Shown piece after piece: positions 39,183 to 48,292 of a stretch of 64,000 nt of DNA (positions within the stretch are counted from its first letter, which is position 1; each line of letters opens with the position of its first letter). The notes beneath the pieces were generated by a model, which had not been told where the DNA came from, made no database searches, and worked only from the letters and a program-made list of their open reading frames with translations. Source of the DNA: Candidatus Woesearchaeota archaeon (lineage in GTDB: Archaea; Nanobdellota; Nanobdellia; Pacearchaeales; GW2011-AR1); NCBI GenBank assembly GCA_964612685.1, contig CAZTCF010000001.1, positions 83,399-147,398 of the forward strand, given 5' to 3'. A program made the translations under genes and the position numbers.

Positions 39183-39296
39183 TTAATCTTTAATTCCCTT
39201 TAATTTTTAATTGTTTGTTTTTTTGAAATTCCTTAATTATCTTTTAATGGATTAAAGAACCACAATCTTTTTAAATGTCTTTTTCATGTTTTCAAA

Positions 39297-40340
39297 ATGG
39301 ATAATGAACATCATGAACACGCAGAGCATGTTCACAAGGTACATATAGCTAGGAAAAGACATTCATTGAGAGATAAGCCTTGGGTTGTTTCAACTTTTGT
39401 TTTATTGCTCTTGGTTGTTTTACTTCTTCTTGGTAATGTTTTTAATGTTTTTGGCAAATGTGTTGTAACAGGTAAGTCTGTTTCAGCAGATAAGGCTGGA
39501 GAGAATCTTCTTAACTTTGCATTGGATCAGGGATTGGATGCAGAAGTATCTAGTGTTGAAGAGGAAGGGAGTTTTTATTTAGTTACTCTTTCGATAGATG
39601 GACAGGGTGTACCTATTTATGTTACTAGAGACGGGAAGTATTTTGCGAATTCTCTCATTCCTTTAGAAGCTGAAGAAGAGACGAACACAAATACGGATAC
39701 AAATACTCAAACAGAAATTCCTAAAACAACTAAACCTACAGTTGATTTATTTGTAATGAGTCATTGCCCATATGGTACTCAGGCTGAAAAAGGGATTATC
39801 CCAGCTTTAGAGTTATTGGGAGATAATATCGATTTCAATCTTAGATTTGTGTATTATGCTATGCATCCTTCTGCAGGAGAAGTTGAGGAACAGGTAGCGC
39901 AGTATTGTATACAGAAAGAACAGGGAGATAAATTGATTCCTTACTTGAAATGTTTCTTGGAAGAAGGGGATGGTGAATCTTGTTTAACCGAAGTTAAGAT
40001 AGATAAGACAAAGTTAAATAAGTGTATCTCTGCAACAGATAAGGAGTTCCAGATTTCAGAGAATAAAGATGATAAAACAAAGTGGTTAAGTGGAAATTAT
40101 CCTCTTTTCAATATTGATAAGCAGTTGAATGAGATGTACAATATTGGAGGAAGCCCAACCTTGGTTATAAATGGAGTTCAGGTTAGTAGTGCTAGATCTC
40201 CTGCTGCATATTTAGATTCAATTTGTCAGGCATTTTCAGATGGAAGTGTTCCTGAAGAATGTGGAGAACCGCTTTCTACAGCTTCATATAGTGCTGGATT
40301 TGGATATACGGCTGGAACATCAACAACTGCCCAATGTTAA
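39297..40340 (+). CDS. Membrane-anchored extracytoplasmic thioredoxin-fold (DsbA-like) protein
   Basis: His-rich N-terminus, one TM helix, a Thr/Asn linker, then DLFVMSHCPYGTQAE (monothiol CPYG in a CxxC position) and IGGSPTLVINGV (the cis-Pro loop type of DsbA/Trx folds). Several further Cys residues. Confidence 0.4.
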   Translation: MDNEHHEHAEHVHKVHIARKRHSLRDKPWVVSTFVLLLLVVLLLLGNVFNVFGKCVVTGKSVSADKAGENLLNFALDQGLDAEVSSVEEEGSFYLVTLSIDGQGVPIYVTRDGKYFANSLIPLEAEEETNTNTDTNTQTEIPKTTKPTVDLFVMSHCPYGTQAEKGIIPALELLGDNIDFNLRFVYYAMHPSAGEVEEQVAQYCIQKEQGDKLIPYLKCFLEEGDGESCLTEVKIDKTKLNKCISATDKEFQISENKDDKTKWLSGNYPLFNIDKQLNEMYNIGGSPTLVINGVQVSSARSPAAYLDSICQAFSDGSVPEECGEPLSTASYSAGFGYTAGTSTTAQC

Positions 40341-40345
40341 TTTTA

Positions 40346-40891
40346 TTAATTTAATTCTTTAAGTTTCTTTTTAATTTCAGATATTATTGATTTATGGGTT
40401 TTAGAAAGTTGCCTATTTTTTTCAAGATTAATTATTATTTCTTCTGTTTCTTTTTTATATCTCTCTACAAAACTTTTGTCTTGTAGCATATTTAGATCAG
40501 AAATATTATCTAACCTATCTGCTAACTTTATCATAAGTCCCCAATTGCTAATCTTTTTTGATGATCCCATTTTTTCAGATAAGTAGTTTGCTTTTCCTAA
40601 ACAATTTGATTTAAATTTGTCTGAAGTAAGTTCAACAACTAACAATGTAATTAATTCCCCGAAATTTTCTCTCAATTCTGAAATTCCCGTATCTGTATCT
40701 TCTAGAGTATCATGTAAAATAGCTGCCGCAATTAATTCTTTAATTTTATGACTTTTCTTGAAGTTATTTACAATCCCAGAAACTCTTAAGGGATGCGTTA
40801 TATATGGGCTCCCGTCTCTTCTTAATTGTCCGTTATGTTTCTCTTGTGCAAAGATTATTGCTCTCTCAATTAACTTTTCTTTATTCTTCAT
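40346..40891 (-). CDS. HD-domain hydrolase of the RelA/SpoT (HD_4, small alarmone hydrolase-like) type
   Basis: FAQEKHNGQLRRDGSPYITHPLRV plus AAILHDTLEDT match the (p)ppGpp hydrolase domain signature. No synthetase domain is present. Confidence 0.65.
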   Translation of the reverse strand: MKNKEKLIERAIIFAQEKHNGQLRRDGSPYITHPLRVSGIVNNFKKSHKIKELIAAAILHDTLEDTDTGISELRENFGELITLLVVELTSDKFKSNCLGKANYLSEKMGSSKKISNWGLMIKLADRLDNISDLNMLQDKSFVERYKKETEEIIINLEKNRQLSKTHKSIISEIKKKLKELN

Positions 40892-40957
40892 ATACTTTAA
40901 ATTATTATTTCTTTTTAAATATTTTTAACCTATTTTTATATATAAGATATATTAAAT

Positions 40958-41659
40958 TTAGAATGCAAAACTCGCATATCCTACAACAAATACTGTATCT
41001 CCTGTAATATCTCCTGAATTTTTGTACTCGATTAATTGGGGTTTCCATCCCTTAAGTTCGCACATTTTAAAGAGTATTAAAAGAGGATATAGCCCGCATG
41101 CATCTATGTTTTTTAACTGGTGTCCCTTTAGATTAGATATGATATCTATTGTGGTTTTGTCTTTCTTTATTGCTTCAATATACTCTAGAGCATGGCTTAA
41201 ATCTGTTGAGAATATAAATATTGCCTCCTCATCCATAAATTGTTTTGCAATTTCTTCTGCCTCTTTTACATTTATAAGCCCTACAGCTAAAGGTAGAATT
41301 TCGTTAATCCCTAATTTTTGTAAAAAGGGTATTTGATTCTCAATGGAATGTTCACGAGGTATTTTGTTGAAATTATTTTTTGGGATGATTATCTTTCCTA
41401 AAGGGTTCTCGAAGCTATTCAGAGAACTTATTCCCTTGAAAGCTTGATAATGTGAGGGACCAAAGATTATCGCCTTTTTTATGTTTCTTTTTTTTAGTAA
41501 GGAAAAGGCTTTTCCTGCTATTTTTCCAGAATAAGCATATCCTGCATGAGGTACAATTAAACCATGAAGTTCATTTATTTTTATTTCTGGTTTTTCTGAA
41601 AGGAGAAAATCTAATGTACTTTCTAATTTCTCTTTTTCTAAAGGGAACCATTCTTTCAT
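40958..41659 (-). CDS. amrB: AmmeMemoRadiSam system protein B (Memo-like)
   Basis: VPHAGYAYSG motif, FGPSH, TDLSH. It is divergent from the radical SAM partner. Confidence 0.75.
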   Translation of the reverse strand: MKEWFPLEKEKLESTLDFLLSEKPEIKINELHGLIVPHAGYAYSGKIAGKAFSLLKKRNIKKAIIFGPSHYQAFKGISSLNSFENPLGKIIIPKNNFNKIPREHSIENQIPFLQKLGINEILPLAVGLINVKEAEEIAKQFMDEEAIFIFSTDLSHALEYIEAIKKDKTTIDIISNLKGHQLKNIDACGLYPLLILFKMCELKGWKPQLIEYKNSGDITGDTVFVVGYASFAF

Positions 41660-41693
41660 AAGATATTTAACTTATAAAAGCTTATTAAATTTT

Positions 41694-42551
41694 ATGCGTG
41701 AATGTATTCTATATAAAAAGCTTCCCGATAAAGAGGTTCAATGTACTTCTTGTAGTCATAGGTGTTTAATTGATGAGGGTAAAAGGGGAATATGTGGAGT
41801 TAGGGAGAACATAAAAGGTAAATTATTTCTTTTGGTGTATGGATTAATTGTTTCTGAAAATATTGATCCAATTGAGAAAAAACCTCTGTATAAGTTTATG
41901 CCAAATACAAAAACTTATTCAATTGGAACTGTGGGATGTAATCTTAAGTGCTATTTTTGTCAAAACCATCGAACATCACAATTAAAAGAAATTGTGGGAA
42001 GTAAGACTACTCCAGAAGAGATTGTTGAGAGGGCTTTGATTTCTGGATGTAAAAGCATTTCTTATACTTATAATGAACCTACAATTTTTGCAGAGTTTGT
42101 GAAAGATACGGCCGTTCTTGCTAGAAAGAAAGGACTTAAGAATATTTTAGTTACAAATGGTTATATGACAAAAGAATGTTTAGAGTTCCTTGGAAAGGAT
42201 ATAGATGCTATGAATATTGATTTGAAATCTTTTAAAGATAAGTTTTATAATAAAATATGCGGAGCTAAATTAAAACCCGTTTTGGATACAATAAAACTTG
42301 CTTATGAAAAAGGATTTCATATCGAAATAACCACCTTGATAGTTCCCGGTGAAAATAACTCTATTGAAGAATTTGAGAGTATTGCTAGATTTATTTCAGG
42401 GTTGAATAAGAATATTCCTTGGCATATTTCTAGGTTTTTTCCTATGTATAAGATGAGGGAGAAGGAAGTAACTTCTTTGGATATCTTGAAAAAAGCAGAG
42501 AGTATTGGCAAAAAGTATTTGAACTATGTTTATGTTGGTAATGTCTGGTAA
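41694..42551 (+). CDS. amrS: AmmeMemoRadiSam system radical SAM enzyme
   Basis: N-terminal Cys cluster (CTSCSHRC...CGV) and the radical SAM CxxxCxxC motif as CNLKCYFCQN. Confidence 0.8.
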   Translation: MRECILYKKLPDKEVQCTSCSHRCLIDEGKRGICGVRENIKGKLFLLVYGLIVSENIDPIEKKPLYKFMPNTKTYSIGTVGCNLKCYFCQNHRTSQLKEIVGSKTTPEEIVERALISGCKSISYTYNEPTIFAEFVKDTAVLARKKGLKNILVTNGYMTKECLEFLGKDIDAMNIDLKSFKDKFYNKICGAKLKPVLDTIKLAYEKGFHIEITTLIVPGENNSIEEFESIARFISGLNKNIPWHISRFFPMYKMREKEVTSLDILKKAESIGKKYLNYVYVGNVW

Positions 42552-42552
42552 A

Positions 42553-43086
42553 ATGGCTTTGAAATTAACCGAATTGGCGAGAAACACACTTGAATCCTAC
42601 TTTAAGGGAAAAGAATTTGTTCCTGATAAACATACAAAAGATGTTTATGATCAGAAACAAGCTTGTTTTGTGACACTTACTTTGGGAGGAAAACTTAGAG
42701 GGTGCATTGGCTCATTGGTTCCTCAAAGGGAATTGTGGAGGGATGTTCAGGAGAATGCAATTAATGCAGCAATTCATGATTTTCGGTTTTCAAAATTGAA
42801 AGGAGATGAAGTATCTAAGATTAAAATTGAGGTTTCAGTTTTATCCCTTCCTAAAAAAATAAATTCTGTTAATGAAAAAGACTTGCTCATGAGAGTTAGT
42901 CCGGGTAAAGGATTTATTTTAAAAAAGGGAACTTCTTCTGCAACTTTTTTACCCCAAGTTTGGGAACAAATACCAGATAAGATTGAATTTCTGGAACAAT
43001 TATCCTTAAAGGGGGGATTAAACAGGAATGCATGGAAAACAGGAGAACTTTGGTCTTATACTGTAAACAGTGAGAAAGAAGAATAG
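42553..43086 (+). CDS. amrA: AmmeMemoRadiSam system protein A (AMMECR1 domain)
   Basis: The ATG at 42553 sits 1 nt after the amrS stop. CFVTL..GGKLRGCIGS signature. Confidence 0.8.
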   Translation: MALKLTELARNTLESYFKGKEFVPDKHTKDVYDQKQACFVTLTLGGKLRGCIGSLVPQRELWRDVQENAINAAIHDFRFSKLKGDEVSKIKIEVSVLSLPKKINSVNEKDLLMRVSPGKGFILKKGTSSATFLPQVWEQIPDKIEFLEQLSLKGGLNRNAWKTGELWSYTVNSEKEE

Positions 43087-43195
43087 GAAATTTATCTGTA
43101 ATAGTTTTTAATTATACTAGTAAACCCATATTGGTTATAATAAGTATATAAAATTTAATCAAATGAATTAAACTTAAATGAGCATTATGGATAAT

Positions 43196-44374
43196 TTAAT
43201 TCTTCAAGTATTCCAATTCCTCTTCATCTAGTTTAAGCTCCTTTGATATTGCGGGGTTTGAATTTATTATTTGTTTTATTATTGGAAATTCCCTCATTGC
43301 TCTTTTTTGTCCAAGGTGCGAATATTGTGCATATTTTCCCGCTATTGATTTTTTTTTGGCGGTTCTTTGATTATTCATCCACATTTTTAATATTCTTGTG
43401 GGTTTTTTATAGGTGGTAAATCCAGGTTTTGCTTGTTTTTTTGAAGAAGAAATTCCGTAGCTAAGAAAGATATTTTCATAAACTAAAAATCTCCAGTATT
43501 GTTGTTTGTAGATTCTACCCCTAAATACATCTGTTTTACTTAATAAATCATATGCTCTTGCGAGTTCTTTTCCTTTGTACTCATTAGGTATATTTTCTTC
43601 AACCCAAAGTATTATTTCATCAATGGGGGTCTTTACTGAATCAAATATTCTTAATGTTTCATCGCTTGCAGGTTCTTTAAATATATATTTTAATGCGTTA
43701 AAAATATCCACTTCTTTGTTTCTTTCATCAAAATCTATCCCCGTTAAATCCTTTAGTTTAGATATTGTTTGTAAATCATTTATTGCCGCTCTCAAATCTC
43801 CTCTAGATTTTACAGCTATTCTTGTAAGAACTTCGTCTTCTATGAAGCTTTTTTCTTTTTTTAAGATATCTGCAAGCACTTCTTTTATTATTCTATAATC
43901 TATGTTCCTTAATTGTATTAGTTCTGCTTGTTTTCTTAGGGAACTTAAGGATTTATCCCATATATCGTTTGCGGTTACTATTACTGGATATTTTGATACT
44001 TCTAGTAATTCAACAAATTCTCCCAACCCCCCTCTGTCAACAGTTGAAATTCCATCAACTTCGTCTACTAAAATTATTTTTCCCTTATTAATAAGGGATT
44101 TCTGTTCCATTGCGGGCCTTAAAACTTCTTCTAATCTTTTTTTATCGCGCAAATCAGAAGCATTAAGTTCAAATATCTCTGAATTTGTTTCTTTTCCAAT
44201 AACATGGGCTATTGTTGTTTTTCCCGTTCCAGGAGGTCCGTGGAGAACTATTGCTTTTTTTGAACCCTTTTTATGAAAATCTTCAAGAAATTTTCTTACT
44301 TTATCAATTACTTCATTTTGTCCCTTTATATCCCTAAAGTTCTTTGGCCTGTATTTTTCAACCCAAGGAGACAT
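43196..44374 (-). CDS. rfcL: Replication factor C large subunit
   Basis: WVEKYRP, Walker [10 protein letters not shown], Walker B ILVDEVD. The C-terminal tail ends in a PIP-like acidic/hydrophobic segment. Confidence 0.85.
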   Translation of the reverse strand: MSPWVEKYRPKNFRDIKGQNEVIDKVRKFLEDFHKKGSKKAIVLHGPPGTGKTTIAHVIGKETNSEIFELNASDLRDKKRLEEVLRPAMEQKSLINKGKIILVDEVDGISTVDRGGLGEFVELLEVSKYPVIVTANDIWDKSLSSLRKQAELIQLRNIDYRIIKEVLADILKKEKSFIEDEVLTRIAVKSRGDLRAAINDLQTISKLKDLTGIDFDERNKEVDIFNALKYIFKEPASDETLRIFDSVKTPIDEIILWVEENIPNEYKGKELARAYDLLSKTDVFRGRIYKQQYWRFLVYENIFLSYGISSSKKQAKPGFTTYKKPTRILKMWMNNQRTAKKKSIAGKYAQYSHLGQKRAMREFPIIKQIINSNPAISKELKLDEEELEYLKN

Positions 44375-44375
44375 T

Positions 44376-44606
44376 TTAATCTATTTTTATTCCTCTTTTT
44401 AGTTGTCTTATATTATCTAACAAGTCTGAGATTTCTCTTTTAGCTTTTGTGGGAGAAATTTTTTCATTTAAAGCATATCTTGCAGTATTTCTTATTTGAG
44501 AAGCAACGTGGTTTATATCTTGTATATTTTCAGAAGGTGTTAAATTGTTTATTCTAGGTTTATAATTTGTTACTTTATTGAAATATATTTTTTCTTTTAT
44601 TTCCAT
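44376..44606 (-). CDS. Hypothetical 76-aa protein wedged between rfcS and rfcL
   Basis: Intact ORF, 2 nt after the rfcS stop and 1 nt before the rfcL start. No motif recognised. Confidence 0.45.
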   Translation of the reverse strand: MEIKEKIYFNKVTNYKPRINNLTPSENIQDINHVASQIRNTARYALNEKISPTKAKREISDLLDNIRQLKRGIKID

Positions 44607-44608
44607 TT

Positions 44609-45574
44609 TTACTCCTTGCCTAAACCTGCAAGCACAAAACTTGCAAGAAGAGCCTGAAGTTGTATAAATGGATCTGAACCTTCGACAATTCTGAATTCTG
44701 ATTCTCCTGTTTTTTCTGTAAGTCTTACTTTTAATTCTGGTTCAACAGGCAAGTTCCAGATTTCTTTTTGTATTGCTTTTATTACATCTTGTCCAGAAAT
44801 TGATTCTTTAAGCATTACATCGAGAAGTTTTTCTCTCGCTCTTTGAAAATCTCCTGCAAGAGCATAATCAAGAACAACTTTGATATCCTTTGGTTTAGCA
44901 TTTGAGATTATTGTTGAAACCAATTCCGGAGTTATATTTGGAGAAATAGAGGCTGTTGCTTGGAGAAGGTTTGTTGCACGTCTACAATCTCCTTCACTCC
45001 CTTCATATAATATTTCTATTGCTTCAGGTTTTATCGTAAGGTTTTCTCTTTTTCCTATGTCTAAAATATATTTTTCAATATTTTTTTTTTCAAGGAGCTT
45101 AAATCTAAATATACTACAACGTGATTGTATTGGATCAATAACTTTGCTGGAATAATTACAGGAAAGTATGAATCTACATGTTGCAGAGTAATTTTCCATT
45201 GTTCTTCTAAGTGCTTGCTGGGCTTCGGGTGTTAAAGCATCTGCTTCATCAAGAAAGATTATTTTGAAAGGGACATTTCCAATGGATTTGGTTCTTGCAA
45301 AATTTTTGACTTTCTCACGGACTATATTTATTCCTCTTTCATCAGAAGCGTTTAATTCTAGGTAATTTTCACGCCAGGATGTTCCATAAAGTTCTTTTAC
45401 TATTATTAATGCTAGGCTTGATTTTCCAGTTCCTGCAGGTCCTGCGAATAGTAAATGTGGGATATTCATAGAGTTTGTTAGCCCCTCAATTCTTTTTACT
45501 ATCTCATCTTGTCCAACAAGTTCATAGAATCTAGAAGGTCTGTATTTTTCTGTCCAAATAGAGCTCACCATCAT
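44609..45574 (-). CDS. rfcS: Replication factor C small subunit
   Basis: WTEKYRP, GPAGTGKS, DEADALT, and the SRC motif IQSRCSIFRF. Confidence 0.9.
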   Translation of the reverse strand: MMVSSIWTEKYRPSRFYELVGQDEIVKRIEGLTNSMNIPHLLFAGPAGTGKSSLALIIVKELYGTSWRENYLELNASDERGINIVREKVKNFARTKSIGNVPFKIIFLDEADALTPEAQQALRRTMENYSATCRFILSCNYSSKVIDPIQSRCSIFRFKLLEKKNIEKYILDIGKRENLTIKPEAIEILYEGSEGDCRRATNLLQATASISPNITPELVSTIISNAKPKDIKVVLDYALAGDFQRAREKLLDVMLKESISGQDVIKAIQKEIWNLPVEPELKVRLTEKTGESEFRIVEGSDPFIQLQALLASFVLAGLGKE

Positions 45575-45676
45575 TTGGAAAAATCATATTGGTTAATAAA
45601 GGTTATTGTGATAAAGAATTCATTTGTTTAATTTGTTTTTAATTAACTTTAATAATGCATTTTCATAGTATTAATT

Positions 45677-46456
45677 ATGGCGGTGATGTCCTATTTTGTG
45701 TTTCTTTTAGCAGGATTTATAACTGGGATTATAACCGGATTAGTTGGAGCTTCTTCTATTGTAGCTTTTATTCCAATAGTTCTTTTATTTGTAAATTACA
45801 GCATCTTTGCACTAATTGGAGTTGGTTTAGCGGTTGATGTGTTTATAACTTTATTTGCCGTTTTTATATACAGGAAATTTCATAATGTTGATTTTAAGAC
45901 AGGTATTTATCTTTCAATTCCTGCTGTAGCAGGGGCAATTCTTGGGAGTTTTGTTTCTAGTTTATTTCAAAATACAAACCTTTTATGGATTAGCTCTTTG
46001 CTTACAATTGGTACTGGAATTTTAATCTATAGAAGAAAAGTTAGTTCCAAAGAAGTTATTAGCAGGAAAGATTATTCTAAAAATAAATTTATTCTAGCAT
46101 TAATTCTTGCTTTTTTTGTGGGCTTATTAGGGGGGGCATTTGGAGGTGCGGGAGGTGTTGCTATCTTCTTATTGCTTGTTTTCTTTTTGAATTTTGAGAC
46201 CCATCATGCTATTGGAACTTCTATATTTGTTATGTTCTTTATCGCTCTTTCTGGAGCAATATCTCATGTTGGGCATATAAATGAAATGGGTTTCCCTCTA
46301 AAATTTATTTTATTTGCAATACTTGGAGGGGTTTTAGGAGTAATGTTTTCTTCAAGATTGGCTAATTTAGCAAGTGAAAAGAAGCTTAATAAAGTGGTCG
46401 GAGTAATTTTATTCTTTTTAGGGGTATTAACTCTTGTGCATAGAATATTTATGTAA
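45677..46456 (+). CDS. TauE/SafE (TSUP) family anion exporter
   Basis: About 8 TM helices with an internal duplication and Gly-rich helices (GLLGGAFGGAGG). Confidence 0.65.
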   Translation: MAVMSYFVFLLAGFITGIITGLVGASSIVAFIPIVLLFVNYSIFALIGVGLAVDVFITLFAVFIYRKFHNVDFKTGIYLSIPAVAGAILGSFVSSLFQNTNLLWISSLLTIGTGILIYRRKVSSKEVISRKDYSKNKFILALILAFFVGLLGGAFGGAGGVAIFLLLVFFLNFETHHAIGTSIFVMFFIALSGAISHVGHINEMGFPLKFILFAILGGVLGVMFSSRLANLASEKKLNKVVGVILFFLGVLTLVHRIFM

Positions 46457-46470
46457 GAGGTTATTATTTT

Positions 46471-46812
46471 TTAATCTTTAATTATCCCTTTTATCTTATC
46501 TATGAATGGGCCTTCTTTTTCTTGTACTAACTTTTTTAGCTCTATTTTTAGATTTTGATAATCTTCTCTTTCTTCTAAGAATGCTTTTCTTTGTGTTTTA
46601 AATATCTTTTCTAATTTTTCACATCTTTTTTCTAAGGATTCAGTATCTTCAAAAGTGATATTAGCATAATCTATTGCTTCTATAAGTTCTTCACCGGTTA
46701 TTATTTTATTGCTTAATTCAGATTTTGCATATCCATTATCTTCATTAGCATATGCTTTGAGTAAATATCCTAGTTTTATTGCATCATATCTTGATGAGCC
46801 TTCATTTACCAT
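46471..46812 (-). CDS. Hypothetical helical protein
   Basis: 113-aa intact ORF, coiled-coil-like. Confidence 0.4.
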   Translation of the reverse strand: MVNEGSSRYDAIKLGYLLKAYANEDNGYAKSELSNKIITGEELIEAIDYANITFEDTESLEKRCEKLEKIFKTQRKAFLEEREDYQNLKIELKKLVQEKEGPFIDKIKGIIKD

Positions 46813-46876
46813 AAAAAAGGATTAACCTTTTAGTTTTTAAGAATAAGTATAGTTTAAGATATATTAATTAGTATGA

Positions 46877-46984
46877 TCATCCACGTTTAAGCTTACGTTT
46901 ACGTTTTTCCTTCTTAAGCCTTTTACGTTGCCATTTCCAACGCATTTGGCCATCCTTTTTCCATCTTCTACTTGATCTTTTCAT
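46877..46984 (-). CDS. rpl41e: Ribosomal protein L41e (eL41), 35 aa, missed by the ORF track
   Basis: Hand translation: MKRSSRRWKKDGQMRWKWQRKRLKKEKRKRKLKRG. The extreme Arg/Lys content and the RWKKxGxMRWKW block match archaeal L41e. Confidence 0.7.
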   Translation of the reverse strand: MKRSSRRWKKDGQMRWKWQRKRLKKEKRKRKLKRG

Positions 46985-47036
46985 AATTTGAGATAGATAA
47001 AATTGATTTATAAAAGTTTGGTTTGTAATTTTTGGG

Positions 47037-47690
47037 TTATCTACTTCTTTCAACACCTATTCTTTTACAGTATTTGTTTATTGGGCAAGTTGAACACTTG
47101 GGTGAAACAGGTTGGCAGATGTCCCTTCCGAATTGGACGAATATCGCATTTACGTCTGCCCAGTAAACTTTTGGGAGTATTTTTTCAAGTTCTTTTTCTG
47201 TTTCTTCTGGTTTTTTTGTTTTTACCCATCCAAGTCTATTTGGTATTCTGTGTACATGAGTATCTACAGGTATTACCTGCTGATTGAATGCAAATGCCAA
47301 AACTATATTTGCCGTTTTTGGTCCAATACCTTTTATACTTAGTAACTCCTCCTTCTTTTTAGGGACTTTTGAATCAAATCTCTCAATTAAATCTTTTGAA
47401 ACAGACTGAAGAACTCTAGTTTTCTTTTTGTAATGTCCTGATGAAAAAATTAATTTTTCTAATTCTTCTGTTGGAATTTTTATAATTTCTTCAGGCGTTT
47501 CTGCAACATCAAATAATTGTTTTGAAACTTTTTCAGTATTTTCATCTCTTGCTCTTAAGGAGAGTAAACAGGATATTAATACTTTGAATGGGTCTGGTTT
47601 TTTTCTCATCCTATTCAGAGTAGTCTTTTCCGTTGATGGATAAATATCTTTCAGCGTTTCCATAATTATTTTAAAATTAATTTCTTGCAT
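47037..47690 (-). CDS. nth: Endonuclease III (Nth)
   Basis: HhH-GPD block (LLSIKGIGPKTANIVL, VDTHVHRI) and a C-terminal 4Fe-4S cluster loop, CQPVSPKCSTCPINKYC. Confidence 0.85.
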   Translation of the reverse strand: MQEINFKIIMETLKDIYPSTEKTTLNRMRKKPDPFKVLISCLLSLRARDENTEKVSKQLFDVAETPEEIIKIPTEELEKLIFSSGHYKKKTRVLQSVSKDLIERFDSKVPKKKEELLSIKGIGPKTANIVLAFAFNQQVIPVDTHVHRIPNRLGWVKTKKPEETEKELEKILPKVYWADVNAIFVQFGRDICQPVSPKCSTCPINKYCKRIGVERSR

Positions 47691-47716
47691 TTTCTTTCTT
47701 TGATATTTTATTGTAT

Positions 47717-48292
47717 TTACTTAACAATTTCTCCAAATGTTTCTTCAGAAATTCCTGCTGAGTTCGCTTCATCTGTATCTATATGTAATGCCAATTCGTA
47801 CTTTTTTGATATTCTTGGAATTATGTTATGGAAGGTTATTTTTCTTTGTCCAGATGTTTTTATTGATATTATTTGGTGCGGTTTTAATTTTAATTTTTTT
47901 GCTTGTTCTTCTGAGCAGTGCAAATGTCTTTGGGCAATTATCACAGGTATTTTTGTTTTTCCTTTTGGTCCTTTAACAGATGCGATAGTTGTTCCGTGTG
48001 TGTCTCCAGACATTCTTATTTTGGGCAGGGGGTTTAAATTTAAATTATGGGCATCAGTTAGAGACATTTCTATTTGAGAGGATTCTCTTAATGGCCCCAA
48101 TACTCTTACATTAACTTTTTCTTTTCCGTTTATTATCTCTATTTTCTGTTTAGAAGCAAATTCTCCTGGTTGGGATAATTTTTTTATTGGTTCCAATTTT
48201 TTATTTTTTCCAAATAATTTTTCAAAATCTTCCTTATTTAGATGCACATGCCTTGCTGAAACTTCAACAGGTATCTTTATTTTACTTTTCAT
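47717..48292 (-). CDS. pduL: PduL-type phosphate acyltransferase (phosphotransacetylase)
   Basis: Two PduL repeats, VSARHVHL...LFG and IAQRHLHC, plus LSQPGEFA, VLGPLR..SQIE.SLTDA and HIDTDEANSAGI. Confidence 0.8.
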   Translation of the reverse strand: MKSKIKIPVEVSARHVHLNKEDFEKLFGKNKKLEPIKKLSQPGEFASKQKIEIINGKEKVNVRVLGPLRESSQIEMSLTDAHNLNLNPLPKIRMSGDTHGTTIASVKGPKGKTKIPVIIAQRHLHCSEEQAKKLKLKPHQIISIKTSGQRKITFHNIIPRISKKYELALHIDTDEANSAGISEETFGEIVK

